Source: an uncultured Gammaproteobacteria bacterium
Lineage (GTDB): Bacteria > Patescibacteriota > Microgenomatia > Levybacterales > GWA1-39-11
Length of the DNA stretch: 64,000 nt
Direction: 5' to 3'
Assembly: GCA_964472415.1 (NCBI GenBank)
Contig: CAYYLC010000002.1
Span: 96,470-160,469, forward strand
The notes under the pieces are model-generated. The model saw only the letters and a program-made list of their open reading frames with translations, searched no databases and was not told the DNA's origin. Each line of letters starts with the position of its first letter. Position 1 is the first letter of the stretch. Shown here in pieces: positions 9,497-18,693 of the stretch. A program made the translations under genes and the position numbers.

Positions 9497-11884
9497 ATGG
9501 AACCAATATCTACTGCAGAACTTCTGCAAATCATGACAACACTATTTGTAGGAATTTTTATTGCTGCACTTATCATTGGCGGAGGAGTGCTCTCTGTTTT
9601 TATTGCAGGCGTATGGTTTCGAGCCCGAGATAGACATAATAGATCTCTCAATTCTGTTCTCATCGAGGTAAAAATTCCTCGAGATAATGAGATAAAGATT
9701 GATGCCGCTGAACAACTCTTCTCAAGTTTTGCATCTATTGATGGTGTCGATGGAATTTTAGGGTTTTCCAAAGTCCCCGATAGTATTACTTTCGAGATTG
9801 TTGCGAAATCAGGAGATATTAGGTTTTATGTCGGCGTTCCCCGAAAACTCCAAGATATGGTAGAAAAACAAATTAATGGCGCATACCCAGACGCACACAT
9901 CCAAGAAGTCGAAGACTATAATATATTTGAGGCAGAGCAAGGAAAAGTCGCATTCACGGGGCTCAAACTAAAAAAATCTGATTACTTACCTATAAAAATG
10001 TACAAAGACCTGCCAGTTGACCCACTTGCAACGATCGTCAGCACTCTGGGGAAAATGCAAGAAGGAGAAGCTGCTGCTGTTCAATTCCTTATTAGCCCTG
10101 CCACCTCCAAGTGGAGTAAGGCAGGACGCTCCCATATATCAAGTGAAAAAAAGTCTGAAGCAGATCCGGAAACAGCAAGTTACTCATTAGACCAAAAAGA
10201 GCTCGAGGCAATAGAAAATAAAATCTCAAAGCCAGGATTTAATACATACATTAGAATCGTTACTGTCTCATCTACCAAAGAGGCTGCCAAAGCACACCTC
10301 TCAAATATCGTAGGTGCATTTACTCAATTTTCCTCTTTTAACGCATTCACAAAACAGAAACAGAGGCTGATGCAGAGCACGATGATGGTCGACTTTATTT
10401 ATCGTCATGTTCCACTCCTTACAAAAGGTTCAGTACTGAATGCGGAAGAACTCGCAACACTCTTCCATTTCCCAAATAAAAGCATTGAGAACCCACACAT
10501 CAATTGGCTTGCATCACGCACAGCTCCTGCTCCAGGAAAGATCCCGACCAGTGGGCTATACCTGGGAAAAAGTATTTATCGAAGCCAAGAGAGGAAAATC
10601 TATATCGGAAAAGATGACAGAAGGCGTCACATGTATATCATCGGAAAAACTGGTGTGGGGAAATCAGAATTTCTAAAAGACATGGTTCTTCAAGATATCA
10701 GGAATGGCGAAGGAGTCGCGGTAATCGATCCTCATGGAGATTTGATTGAGGATATTTTAAAGCTCATTCCCCCAAATCGTGCAGAGGACGTAATTTTATT
10801 TGATCCCTCTGACACAGAGCGCCCTATGGGGCTCAATATGCTTGAAGCTGATACTGAAGACCAAAAACATTTTGTGACTTCATCAATTATTAATCTAATG
10901 TACAAACTCTACGATCCACAAAAAACTGGCATTATCGGACCACGATTTGAACATGCTGTGAGGAATGCAATGCTTACTGTCATGGCTGAGAAGGGGAGCA
11001 CATTTGTTGAATTAGTGCGCGCACTTACTGATCAAAATTATGTACAGCGTCTACTCCCAAAAGTTGATGATCCTATTGTGAGACGCTATTGGACTGATCA
11101 AATCGCACAAACTTCTGACTTTCATAAATCAGAAACATTAGACTATATCGTCTCAAAGTTTGGCCGCTTTGTAACGAATAAAATGATCAGAAATATTATT
11201 GGACAATCAGAAAGTGCATTTAATTTTCGAACAGTTATGGATGAGCAAAAAATTCTTCTTGTGTCTTTAAATAAAGGGAGAATTGGAGAAGAGAATTCAA
11301 GCTTTTTAGGACTTATTTTAGTTCCTAAAATCTTAGTTGCTGCCATGAGTAGGCAAGACATTCCTCAAGATCAACGGAAAGATTTCTTCCTCTACGTCGA
11401 TGAGTTCCAAAACTTTGCAACACCTGATTTCGCACAAATTCTATCTGAAGCGCGAAAATATCGTCTCAACCTGACTGTCGCTAATCAATTTATTGGCCAA
11501 ATTGACGAGGAAGTGAAAAATGCAATTTTTGGAAATGTGGGAACAATTGCATCATTCCGTGTAGGAGTTAATGATGCAAACTATCTCCAGCATGAATTCC
11601 AACCCACTTTTTCAGAAGCTGACCTTATCAATGTCGAACGATTCCACGCATATGTAAAAACGTTGGTAGATGGAGAACCAACAACACCATTTTCTATGGA
11701 CTTAACGAGAAACATTGAGGAAGAAAAGGGGCTCGAGAATCCTCGTGTTGCAGAATTAGTAAAAGAATTATCACGCTTGAAATTTGGAAGGGCACGAGAT
11801 GTTGTGGAACGAGAAATAGAGGGTAGGTCTGATTTGGCGCTTCCCCAACCGCCCGGTGGTGGCCCTTCACCCTCTCGAAGATGA
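9497..11884 (+). CDS. VirD4/TraG-like coupling-type ATPase (HerA/FtsK superfamily) with N-terminal TM anchor
   Basis: TM helix; Walker A GKTGVGKS; VIDPHGD; Walker B LYVDEFQNF; SEARKYRL. Confidence 0.85.
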   Translation: MEPISTAELLQIMTTLFVGIFIAALIIGGGVLSVFIAGVWFRARDRHNRSLNSVLIEVKIPRDNEIKIDAAEQLFSSFASIDGVDGILGFSKVPDSITFEIVAKSGDIRFYVGVPRKLQDMVEKQINGAYPDAHIQEVEDYNIFEAEQGKVAFTGLKLKKSDYLPIKMYKDLPVDPLATIVSTLGKMQEGEAAAVQFLISPATSKWSKAGRSHISSEKKSEADPETASYSLDQKELEAIENKISKPGFNTYIRIVTVSSTKEAAKAHLSNIVGAFTQFSSFNAFTKQKQRLMQSTMMVDFIYRHVPLLTKGSVLNAEELATLFHFPNKSIENPHINWLASRTAPAPGKIPTSGLYLGKSIYRSQERKIYIGKDDRRRHMYIIGKTGVGKSEFLKDMVLQDIRNGEGVAVIDPHGDLIEDILKLIPPNRAEDVILFDPSDTERPMGLNMLEADTEDQKHFVTSSIINLMYKLYDPQKTGIIGPRFEHAVRNAMLTVMAEKGSTFVELVRALTDQNYVQRLLPKVDDPIVRRYWTDQIAQTSDFHKSETLDYIVSKFGRFVTNKMIRNIIGQSESAFNFRTVMDEQKILLVSLNKGRIGEENSSFLGLILVPKILVAAMSRQDIPQDQRKDFFLYVDEFQNFATPDFAQILSEARKYRLNLTVANQFIGQIDEEVKNAIFGNVGTIASFRVGVNDANYLQHEFQPTFSEADLINVERFHAYVKTLVDGEPTTPFSMDLTRNIEEEKGLENPRVAELVKELSRLKFGRARDVVEREIEGRSDLALPQPPGGGPSPSRR

Positions 11885-11980
11885 GAAAAACTTTGCTATA
11901 ATAACGACTATTGATGACCTTATAGCTCAGGGGGGGCCTGGCTTACAAAGCACGCTATTTTTTACCTCTGATTGCTGAAT

Positions 11981-12052
11981 GCGTCTGTAGCTCAGGGGTA
12001 GAGCGCCATTCTTATAAAATGGATGTCCTTGGTTCGAATCCAAGCAGACGCA
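11981..12052 (+). tRNA. tRNA-Ile with UAU anticodon
   Basis: GCGTCTG/CAGACGC acceptor stem, CCATT-CTTATAA-AATGG anticodon arm, CTTGG-TTCGAAT-CCAAG T arm, discriminator A. Confidence 0.9.
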
Positions 12053-12137
12053 CTTGTGAAACTTGGATACAGTAGGCTTCGAGGGTGACAGATTCAAAGG
12101 TCCACTCTGTTTTTATTCACCTGATATAATCAAGACT

Positions 12138-13829
12138 ATGAAAAAAATCCTTCTTCTTTCCTGCATGATAACACTATCAGTTTTTATGTTCTTCTATAAT
12201 CTTCACCCTGTTTTTTCAGACGAACTAGATGCACTAACAAAAGAAATTGCAGAACTCCAAGAAGCACTTGAAGCATCTCAAAAAGCCACCCGACCCCTCG
12301 AATCACAATTGAAAAATCTTGAATCTCGCTTAATAGGTATCGATGCACGAGTAACTGCAATAGAAACAGATATTATAGAAAAGCGAGAATATATTACAAA
12401 TGGCTATAAAGAACTCGAAGAACAAGAAGGGACTTTTAATGCAATCGTTAAAAACTCATATATAAAAACGTACTCGCTCTCGCCGCTCCTGCTATTTTTC
12501 TCAAGTGAAGATCCATCTGCTTTCATAAAATTTCTTACATACCAAAAACAAGACGCAGAGCGAGATAAAAAAGAAATTACTAATATCACAATGCTGCTCG
12601 TAGATTTAGAACGAAAAAAACTACAGCTTGAGGAAGAAGAGAAAACGCTTGCAAATGCGAAAGCGATTTTAGATAGAGAGCGCGCTGAGGTTGAAAGAGT
12701 AGTGCTGGGTGCAAAAGATTATCAATCAGAACTAACTGGTAAAATTGCAGACCTATCTGCCAAACAAACTGAAATTATTAACGCCCGATCAGGAGGATTC
12801 ACCTTTACCATTGGAAGTGGGGAGCTCGCTGATGAGTACCTATCTTCTATTAAAGGATTCAGAGAATCCGCACCTTCTGGTTCTTTTGCAATATTCTCAT
12901 TCGGTGCAAATACGCATAGAAAAGGCATGAGTCAGTACGGTGCACGAGGTCGTGCCCAGAGTGGACAAAACGTAAATCAAATTCTTAAAGCATACTATGG
13001 AAAGGAGCCGGTGCAGAAAGATACTAGCGGAACAATAAAGGTCTCCGGACATGGCGAGATGGATTTTGAAGGGAGATACCTCCTTGGAATTGCAGAAATG
13101 CCTTCATCATGGCATCCTGAAGCATTAAAGGCCCAGGCAATTGCTGCCAGAACCTACGCATATCGATATAAAATACAAAATAGCGAGATCTGCACTACAG
13201 AAGCATGCCAAGTATTCAACGCGGGAAAAGCAGACAATGCACCTGATTCGTGGAAAAAAGCAGTAGAAGATACAGAGGGAATGATCTTAGAAGATGTTGT
13301 AACATATTACGCATCAACGCATGGAGGTTTTGCAGATCCTATCGGATGGGACACCACTGATGGATCTGGCGGAGGAAACTTTATCGATAAAGCATACGAT
13401 AAAATTGGCGGGTCTCCTTGGCTCTATAAAGCATGGTGGAGACAGGGATACAGCAATAGCGGCGCCACATGTGGAAGATCAAATCCCTGGCTCTCTCCCA
13501 CGGAAATGGCAGATATTGTAAATGCAGCAATCGCTTTGAAAGATAGCAGTGGAATAGACACTGGGCGGATTACCCCAACAACCACTGAGTGCTGGGGTGG
13601 AAATCCATACAGCATAGATGAATTACGAAATCTTACTGCAGGAAAAGGTGGAATCTCTGCTGCAACAAGTGTCACTGTCACTCAAGGAAACGGAAACACC
13701 AACACAGTGACCATAAATGGTGTGTCATTAAGTGGCTCAGAGTTTAAAAAGGCTTTTAATTTACGTGCTCCAGGATATCTCTCTATCCCTCAAAGCTCAT
13801 TCGCATTCTTTAATGTCGAGAAAAAATAA
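12138..13829 (+). CDS. Secreted coiled-coil protein with SpoIID/LytB-like lytic transglycosylase domain
   Basis: Signal peptide, long heptad region, HRKGMSQYGA, EMPSSWHPEALKAQAIAARTYA. Confidence 0.85.
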   Translation: MKKILLLSCMITLSVFMFFYNLHPVFSDELDALTKEIAELQEALEASQKATRPLESQLKNLESRLIGIDARVTAIETDIIEKREYITNGYKELEEQEGTFNAIVKNSYIKTYSLSPLLLFFSSEDPSAFIKFLTYQKQDAERDKKEITNITMLLVDLERKKLQLEEEEKTLANAKAILDRERAEVERVVLGAKDYQSELTGKIADLSAKQTEIINARSGGFTFTIGSGELADEYLSSIKGFRESAPSGSFAIFSFGANTHRKGMSQYGARGRAQSGQNVNQILKAYYGKEPVQKDTSGTIKVSGHGEMDFEGRYLLGIAEMPSSWHPEALKAQAIAARTYAYRYKIQNSEICTTEACQVFNAGKADNAPDSWKKAVEDTEGMILEDVVTYYASTHGGFADPIGWDTTDGSGGGNFIDKAYDKIGGSPWLYKAWWRQGYSNSGATCGRSNPWLSPTEMADIVNAAIALKDSSGIDTGRITPTTTECWGGNPYSIDELRNLTAGKGGISAATSVTVTQGNGNTNTVTINGVSLSGSEFKKAFNLRAPGYLSIPQSSFAFFNVEKK

Positions 13830-13870
13830 TATTCTCAAAGATTTCTAAAAACTTCTGATATAATTTGCTT

Positions 13871-14557
13871 ATGCCTGAAAAAATACTTTCTGGAGAATTT
13901 GAACTCGGAGGAAAATCTTCTTCTCAAAATACAGTAAATCCTTCTGAAAATAAAGACAAAACTATAATACAAACCTCTCAATCAAAAACTATTTCTCCTA
14001 AAAAACATGCAAAGTCTACTTCGCACTTCTTTTCTTCATTCGGATATTATCCAAAAAACATACGCTTCCAAAATCAAGAGAAAGAAGAAGAGATAATTCT
14101 CCTCATTAGAAGAAGGTTTATCGTTAACCTTCCCTGGATTGCCATTTCATTGCTCCTTGCGATTATCGGACCGTTTATTGTCTTTCTGAGCATAGCCTCC
14201 CTCCCCATAAACCCCATTACCCCCGTACAAAATTTTTCCATTATAGCATTTTATTATTTACTTATTTTAGGGTTTGTGATTATGAAATTTACTCTCTGGT
14301 ATTTCCATGTCGGACTTGTTACTAATAAACGCATTAAGGATATTGATATTCATGGAGTATTGTTTAAAGATGTCGCAGAAGCACGCATTGATCAAATACA
14401 AGATGTTTCTTTTACCCAAATCGGATTTATCCCATCACTTTTTAACTATGGTGATATTTTTGTCCAAACAGCAGGAGCAAATCCAAACATTGAATTTGAT
14501 AGAGCACCGGAGCCAACACGAATTGCTCAAATTATTAACGATTTACTCAAACAATAA
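13871..14557 (+). CDS. Membrane protein with bacterial PH (bPH_2) domain
   Basis: Two TM helices, then VTNKRI...IQDVS...LFNYGDIFVQTAG. Confidence 0.8.
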   Translation: MPEKILSGEFELGGKSSSQNTVNPSENKDKTIIQTSQSKTISPKKHAKSTSHFFSSFGYYPKNIRFQNQEKEEEIILLIRRRFIVNLPWIAISLLLAIIGPFIVFLSIASLPINPITPVQNFSIIAFYYLLILGFVIMKFTLWYFHVGLVTNKRIKDIDIHGVLFKDVAEARIDQIQDVSFTQIGFIPSLFNYGDIFVQTAGANPNIEFDRAPEPTRIAQIINDLLKQ

Positions 14558-14562
14558 ATCAT

Positions 14563-14793
14563 ATGGAATTACTAGATATAATACAAGCATTTGGTCAAGA
14601 TCGATTTATATCATTTGTATTGCTCGTTTTTTTGATTGTATACGGATTTTTTGCAGTTGTCCTCTCTATTCAGATCAACTCCTATAATAGAATTCTGACA
14701 CAGTACGGCTTTGCAACGGTATTTAGTATTGTTGGATATATAAATGTAATTATCTCAATTGCACTCATTATTATCACACTGCTTACGTTATGA
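14563..14793 (+). CDS. Small two-TM membrane protein
   Basis: 76 aa with two hydrophobic segments; ATGA overlap with next gene. Confidence 0.7.
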   Translation: MELLDIIQAFGQDRFISFVLLVFLIVYGFFAVVLSIQINSYNRILTQYGFATVFSIVGYINVIISIALIIITLLTL

Positions 14794-16577
14794 ATGATAT
14801 TTCTGTCTCGAAGATCGTCGGCTCACCAAATGAATTCGCGTGGTCACAAGCAAGCTCTACTGGGAGATTATATATTGCACTCAGTATCTTTACGGATAAT
14901 GCATCCTCTGAAATCATAAAAATTGGAAAAGAAACACTCGAACAGATCCAACGAGAATTTTTTGCACTTGATGAAAAAAAACTTTCTGATATAAAAATTG
15001 CTGTTGAAAAAGTTTTTTCAAGCCTTCGTCAAGACATTCAGTATTCAGGAGTAATTGCAAGCATCCATGATGACGCGCTCTACATAATAACTGCATCGGA
15101 AGGATTTGCATATATTGACCGAAACAATAATCTTGCAGAAATTGCGAGGGGAGAGGTGGGGAAGATTATTGGATTTTCTGGAAAAATTTTAAATGACGAC
15201 ATTATCACTATCGAAACAGGTGGATTCCAGAAACGAATTTCTCATAAGCTCCTTGCTGAATATACCAATCTCAGAAACAGCGAAAAAATTGCAGAAAATG
15301 TAGCACCATTCATCCTTGAAGATTCTCGCGGCCAAGAAGCAGCAGTTATTATCCATTATCAAAACTCTCCGAAAGCTCACCGAGAACAGCATGATAACTA
15401 TTCAACTCTTCCGGAAGCCCCTTCACGCAAAGAACCTCCTGCAAAGCGCTCAAAATTCTCCATATTGCTTCCTCAATTATCAAATTTCTGGAAAAATAAG
15501 CTCTCTCAAATCTCTACAAAACAAAAGCTGATCGCACTTATTGCAATTATAGTTATCGCGATTTTTATCGGAAGCCTCATTCTAGAGCGGATAAATGAAG
15601 CAAATAAAATAAAATCCCAAGAGTTTACAGCACTTTACGAAGAATCATCTGAAAAATTAGCAGGTGCAAAAAGTCTTATAAGTATAAATCGAGGACGCGC
15701 GCTCGAAGAAGCAACCTCCGCAATTCAGAGGATTGAGTCAAATCTTACAAAGTTCAACAATAACTCCTCCCAATATGAAAAACTTTCATCTCTCCTCTCA
15801 GAGCTAAAATCGACTCAGGATACACTTAGTGAAGGCGTCGACATCTCAGGAACCGTAATTTTTGAAACCAACTCATCAGAAATACTATCTAAAATTGACT
15901 CACTTTCAATCACCAATAATAATATTATTATAGTAGAGGAAAATGGCTATATAGTCCTGAATGAAAACGGCAAAGTTCAAAATGAAGAGAGAACTCATAT
16001 CGCATCTGTTCAAGACACTACTAGCAACAAAGACAAACTCTACGTTCTCACGAATAATTCCGTTGAACAAGTAACCATATCAAATGGCAGAGCTTCTCAG
16101 ATTATTGACAATAGTAGGGGAGCGACAGATATTGCACTCTTTGGTTCAAGCATATATCTTCTGGAAAATAGGGGAGTAGTGGGGAAATACAGCGGGAGCT
16201 CATTTGGAAGATCAAATTATTTTACCGATGACGTATCCCCTCCACAAGATGCAATATCGTTTGCAATCGAAGGATCTATCTACATAGCAAGCAAAAACAC
16301 ACTCAAAAAATTTACGCGTGGCGTTCCTGACACTGATTTTAAGACTGAAGACACACTCAATATTTCTCAGAATTCGATTCTGTACTCCCAAGAAGGATTT
16401 AACCATCTTTATATTCTTGATAAAGCAAGTGGTGCGCTCGCTCAACTCAATACTTCTGGTACCGTGATAAAACAATACACAACAAATATTGTAAGTATTC
16501 AATCATTTATAATTAACGATTCTGAAACAAAGGCATTTATTGCGACGCCTTCACAGGTTTATTCTTTTGACCTATAA
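14790..16577 (+). CDS. Bitopic protein: degenerate PP2C-like N-terminus, TM, helical stalk, probable beta-propeller
   Basis: Central TM (LIALIAIIVIAIFIG); C-terminal beta-strand repeats (LYVL, IYLL, IYIA, LYIL). Fold calls are inferred. Confidence 0.6.
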   Translation: MNDISVSKIVGSPNEFAWSQASSTGRLYIALSIFTDNASSEIIKIGKETLEQIQREFFALDEKKLSDIKIAVEKVFSSLRQDIQYSGVIASIHDDALYIITASEGFAYIDRNNNLAEIARGEVGKIIGFSGKILNDDIITIETGGFQKRISHKLLAEYTNLRNSEKIAENVAPFILEDSRGQEAAVIIHYQNSPKAHREQHDNYSTLPEAPSRKEPPAKRSKFSILLPQLSNFWKNKLSQISTKQKLIALIAIIVIAIFIGSLILERINEANKIKSQEFTALYEESSEKLAGAKSLISINRGRALEEATSAIQRIESNLTKFNNNSSQYEKLSSLLSELKSTQDTLSEGVDISGTVIFETNSSEILSKIDSLSITNNNIIIVEENGYIVLNENGKVQNEERTHIASVQDTTSNKDKLYVLTNNSVEQVTISNGRASQIIDNSRGATDIALFGSSIYLLENRGVVGKYSGSSFGRSNYFTDDVSPPQDAISFAIEGSIYIASKNTLKKFTRGVPDTDFKTEDTLNISQNSILYSQEGFNHLYILDKASGALAQLNTSGTVIKQYTTNIVSIQSFIINDSETKAFIATPSQVYSFDL

Positions 16578-16715
16578 TTATTTACCGTGAAAACTTATCC
16601 ACATTTTCGTGAAATATTATGTATAGTTTGATATAGTCTATAGTAATCACAGCCTCGTATTAGCAGCTACTACTCCCCTCTGCTCTTGTCCTATGCAGTA
16701 TAATATCTATCAGAC

Positions 16716-17168
16716 ATGCAAGAATTTAAAAAAATATATAACAAAACGGCACCTAAAAACTTCACTATAGAAGAAAAACTAATGGCAGGAATTGTTCTCG
16801 TGGGATCCGAAGTTAAAGCTATTCGCCTAGGACATATTGACCTCAATTCTTCCTATGTAAAAATTATAGGACGAGAAGCATTCCTCATTAATGCAAAGAT
16901 TTTTCCCTATAAATTTTCGAGAACTGAGAACTACCAAGAAGACAGATCCCGAAAGCTTCTTCTTCACAAAAAAGAGATCCAGGCTCTTAAAAGTAAGCTT
17001 GAGACTGGTAACTATACCCTCATTCCAATAAGCATCTTCCTCAGCAAAGGAAATTTTAAAATAGAAATTGCACTCTCTAAAGGGAAGAAAGTTTATGAAA
17101 AAAGACGCGATAGTAAACGAGCTGCGCTTGAGCGTGTCGCAGAACGTGAACTCAAAAATACGTATTAA
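16716..17168 (+). CDS. smpB: SsrA-binding protein SmpB
   Basis: AGIVLVGSEVKAIR, RSRKLLLHKKEI, KGKKVYEKR; tmRNA follows. Confidence 0.95.
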   Translation: MQEFKKIYNKTAPKNFTIEEKLMAGIVLVGSEVKAIRLGHIDLNSSYVKIIGREAFLINAKIFPYKFSRTENYQEDRSRKLLLHKKEIQALKSKLETGNYTLIPISIFLSKGNFKIEIALSKGKKVYEKRRDSKRAALERVAERELKNTY

Positions 17169-17308
17169 CTTGATTCTATAGGATAATTTTTATATAATAC
17201 TCTCACCCTTCACTCAAGGCTATTTATAGTTTTGATTAGGAGGAAATTGATATATAAATCACGCACTTTAAGCGAAATAAAAAGTTATATAATCAAGTTT
17301 CAACATAA

Positions 17309-17694
17309 GGGGATGCATTGATTCGACAGAATTTGTACTTTAAAAACTGCAAGCCGACAATGATTACATGTCGTTAAAATTGATCAAAAATACATGCTAA
17401 ATCTCAATTTAGCGGCGTAAAGCGATTTTTTGCTGATCGCATGCCAGCATCTCATGTTGGCTTTGCACCAGCATTCGCATAAAAGCCTGTTCGTTTTCAT
17501 CCGCTTCTCGCACGAGAAAACGAGCATAAACCTGCGAGAAAAACTTAACGGGGCTGGTCAGACCGTTTCGTATAAGACCTTTGCTTAATTTTTCCCGTCA
17601 GTAGGAACAAAATTAAGTGAGCTGAAATACTGACTAAGCTTGTAGATGTTTCAAGGGCAATTTTTGGACGCCGAGTCACTCTCGGCCATCTCCA
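17309..17694 (+). ncRNA. ssrA: tmRNA
   Basis: 5' GGGGATG...GATTCGAC; 3' GGAC...CATCTCCA; G3-U acceptor pair; internal tag ORF at 17396-17482; directly after smpB. Confidence 0.92.
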
Positions 17695-17696
17695 CA

Positions 17697-18407
17697 TCAT
17701 CTTTCCATTGCAAACGCAAGGCCAAAAACTTGCGTTGCTCCCGCTTCCTTCAAAATCTTCCCACATTCACGCAGCGTTGCACCGCTTGTAAATACATCGT
17801 CCACAATGAAAATCGCTTTACCTTTTATTTTATCCCTATATCGTTTCTTCAACTCAAATGCCCCTTGAATATTCTTCTCTCTTTCTTCTTTCTTGAGTTC
17901 AAATTGAGGTCGGGTATCTCGAGATCTTCTCATAAATACAAAATTTGCTCGCATACCTAAACCCTGTGCAATGCCTCTTCCTAATAGTTCTCCCTGATTA
18001 TATCCTCTTACATTTAGCCGAAGCGGATGGAGTGGCACACAAGTTATCCACATATTATCGGACGCGCCTATTACTTTTTGCAGTACTTCATTTTGAATGT
18101 AAGATTCAAACATAAGCCTCACCAATGTATTACTCAAATTATAAATATAGGGCTCGTATTTAAAACTGTGAATTGCCTTTTTAATTACCGATGTGTACTC
18201 TACTGCCACAAATATTCCATCTAAACTATTTCGTGTTCTGCATTTTTTATGCGTTAAGCCACTTATACACGGCCTCATACATTCCGGACACTTTGCAGAT
18301 TCAAGGAAATGAATGTGTGTAAAACAATTATCACAGATATACTTTCCAAACTCTCCACACCCTACGCATCGCTTCGGAAAAAACAACGACATAATAAGAT
18401 CCTTCAT
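17697..18407 (-). CDS. comF: ComF family protein (zinc finger plus PRTase fold)
   Basis: CVGC...CDNC, CPEC, RGYNQ, IVDDVFTSGATL. Confidence 0.92.
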   Translation of the reverse strand: MKDLIMSLFFPKRCVGCGEFGKYICDNCFTHIHFLESAKCPECMRPCISGLTHKKCRTRNSLDGIFVAVEYTSVIKKAIHSFKYEPYIYNLSNTLVRLMFESYIQNEVLQKVIGASDNMWITCVPLHPLRLNVRGYNQGELLGRGIAQGLGMRANFVFMRRSRDTRPQFELKKEEREKNIQGAFELKKRYRDKIKGKAIFIVDDVFTSGATLRECGKILKEAGATQVFGLAFAMER

Positions 18408-18527
18408 TAGGATTATTATAAATAAGAGAGCCTGAAAAAACAGTAACCTTTTGAGGTGAAACTATGAGCCTGCTATATAAAGTTGTCTGCATGTTATCCA
18501 CAAATGTGTATTTATACTATAAGACAT

Positions 18528-18689
18528 CTATACCGTTTTAGCTTCATTTCTCACGTTTTCTCCCGGCTTCCACTCACACATAGGACACGCTCTCATAACT
18601 CCTTGTTGAATTTTTATAACATCAGACTCTGATGCTTCCCACTGGCAACTTTTGCAAATTATTTTGTAGCACACTTTACAACCATTCAT
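18528..18689 (-). CDS. Small Cys-rich (zinc-finger-like) protein
   Basis: MNGCKVC...CKSC...CPMC, 53 aa; starts 4 nt after the upstream stop. Confidence 0.65.
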   Translation of the reverse strand: MNGCKVCYKIICKSCQWEASESDVIKIQQGVMRACPMCEWKPGENVRNEAKTV

Positions 18690-18693
18690 AGCT

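Noticed and set aside
17238-17322. AGGAGG followed by a TTG-started ~24-codon ORF running into the tmRNA
   Set aside because: It overlaps the tmRNA promoter and 5' end; weak start and no other support.
17545-17960. Short ORFs over the tmRNA 3' end and comF
   Set aside because: They overlap well-supported features and have no motifs.
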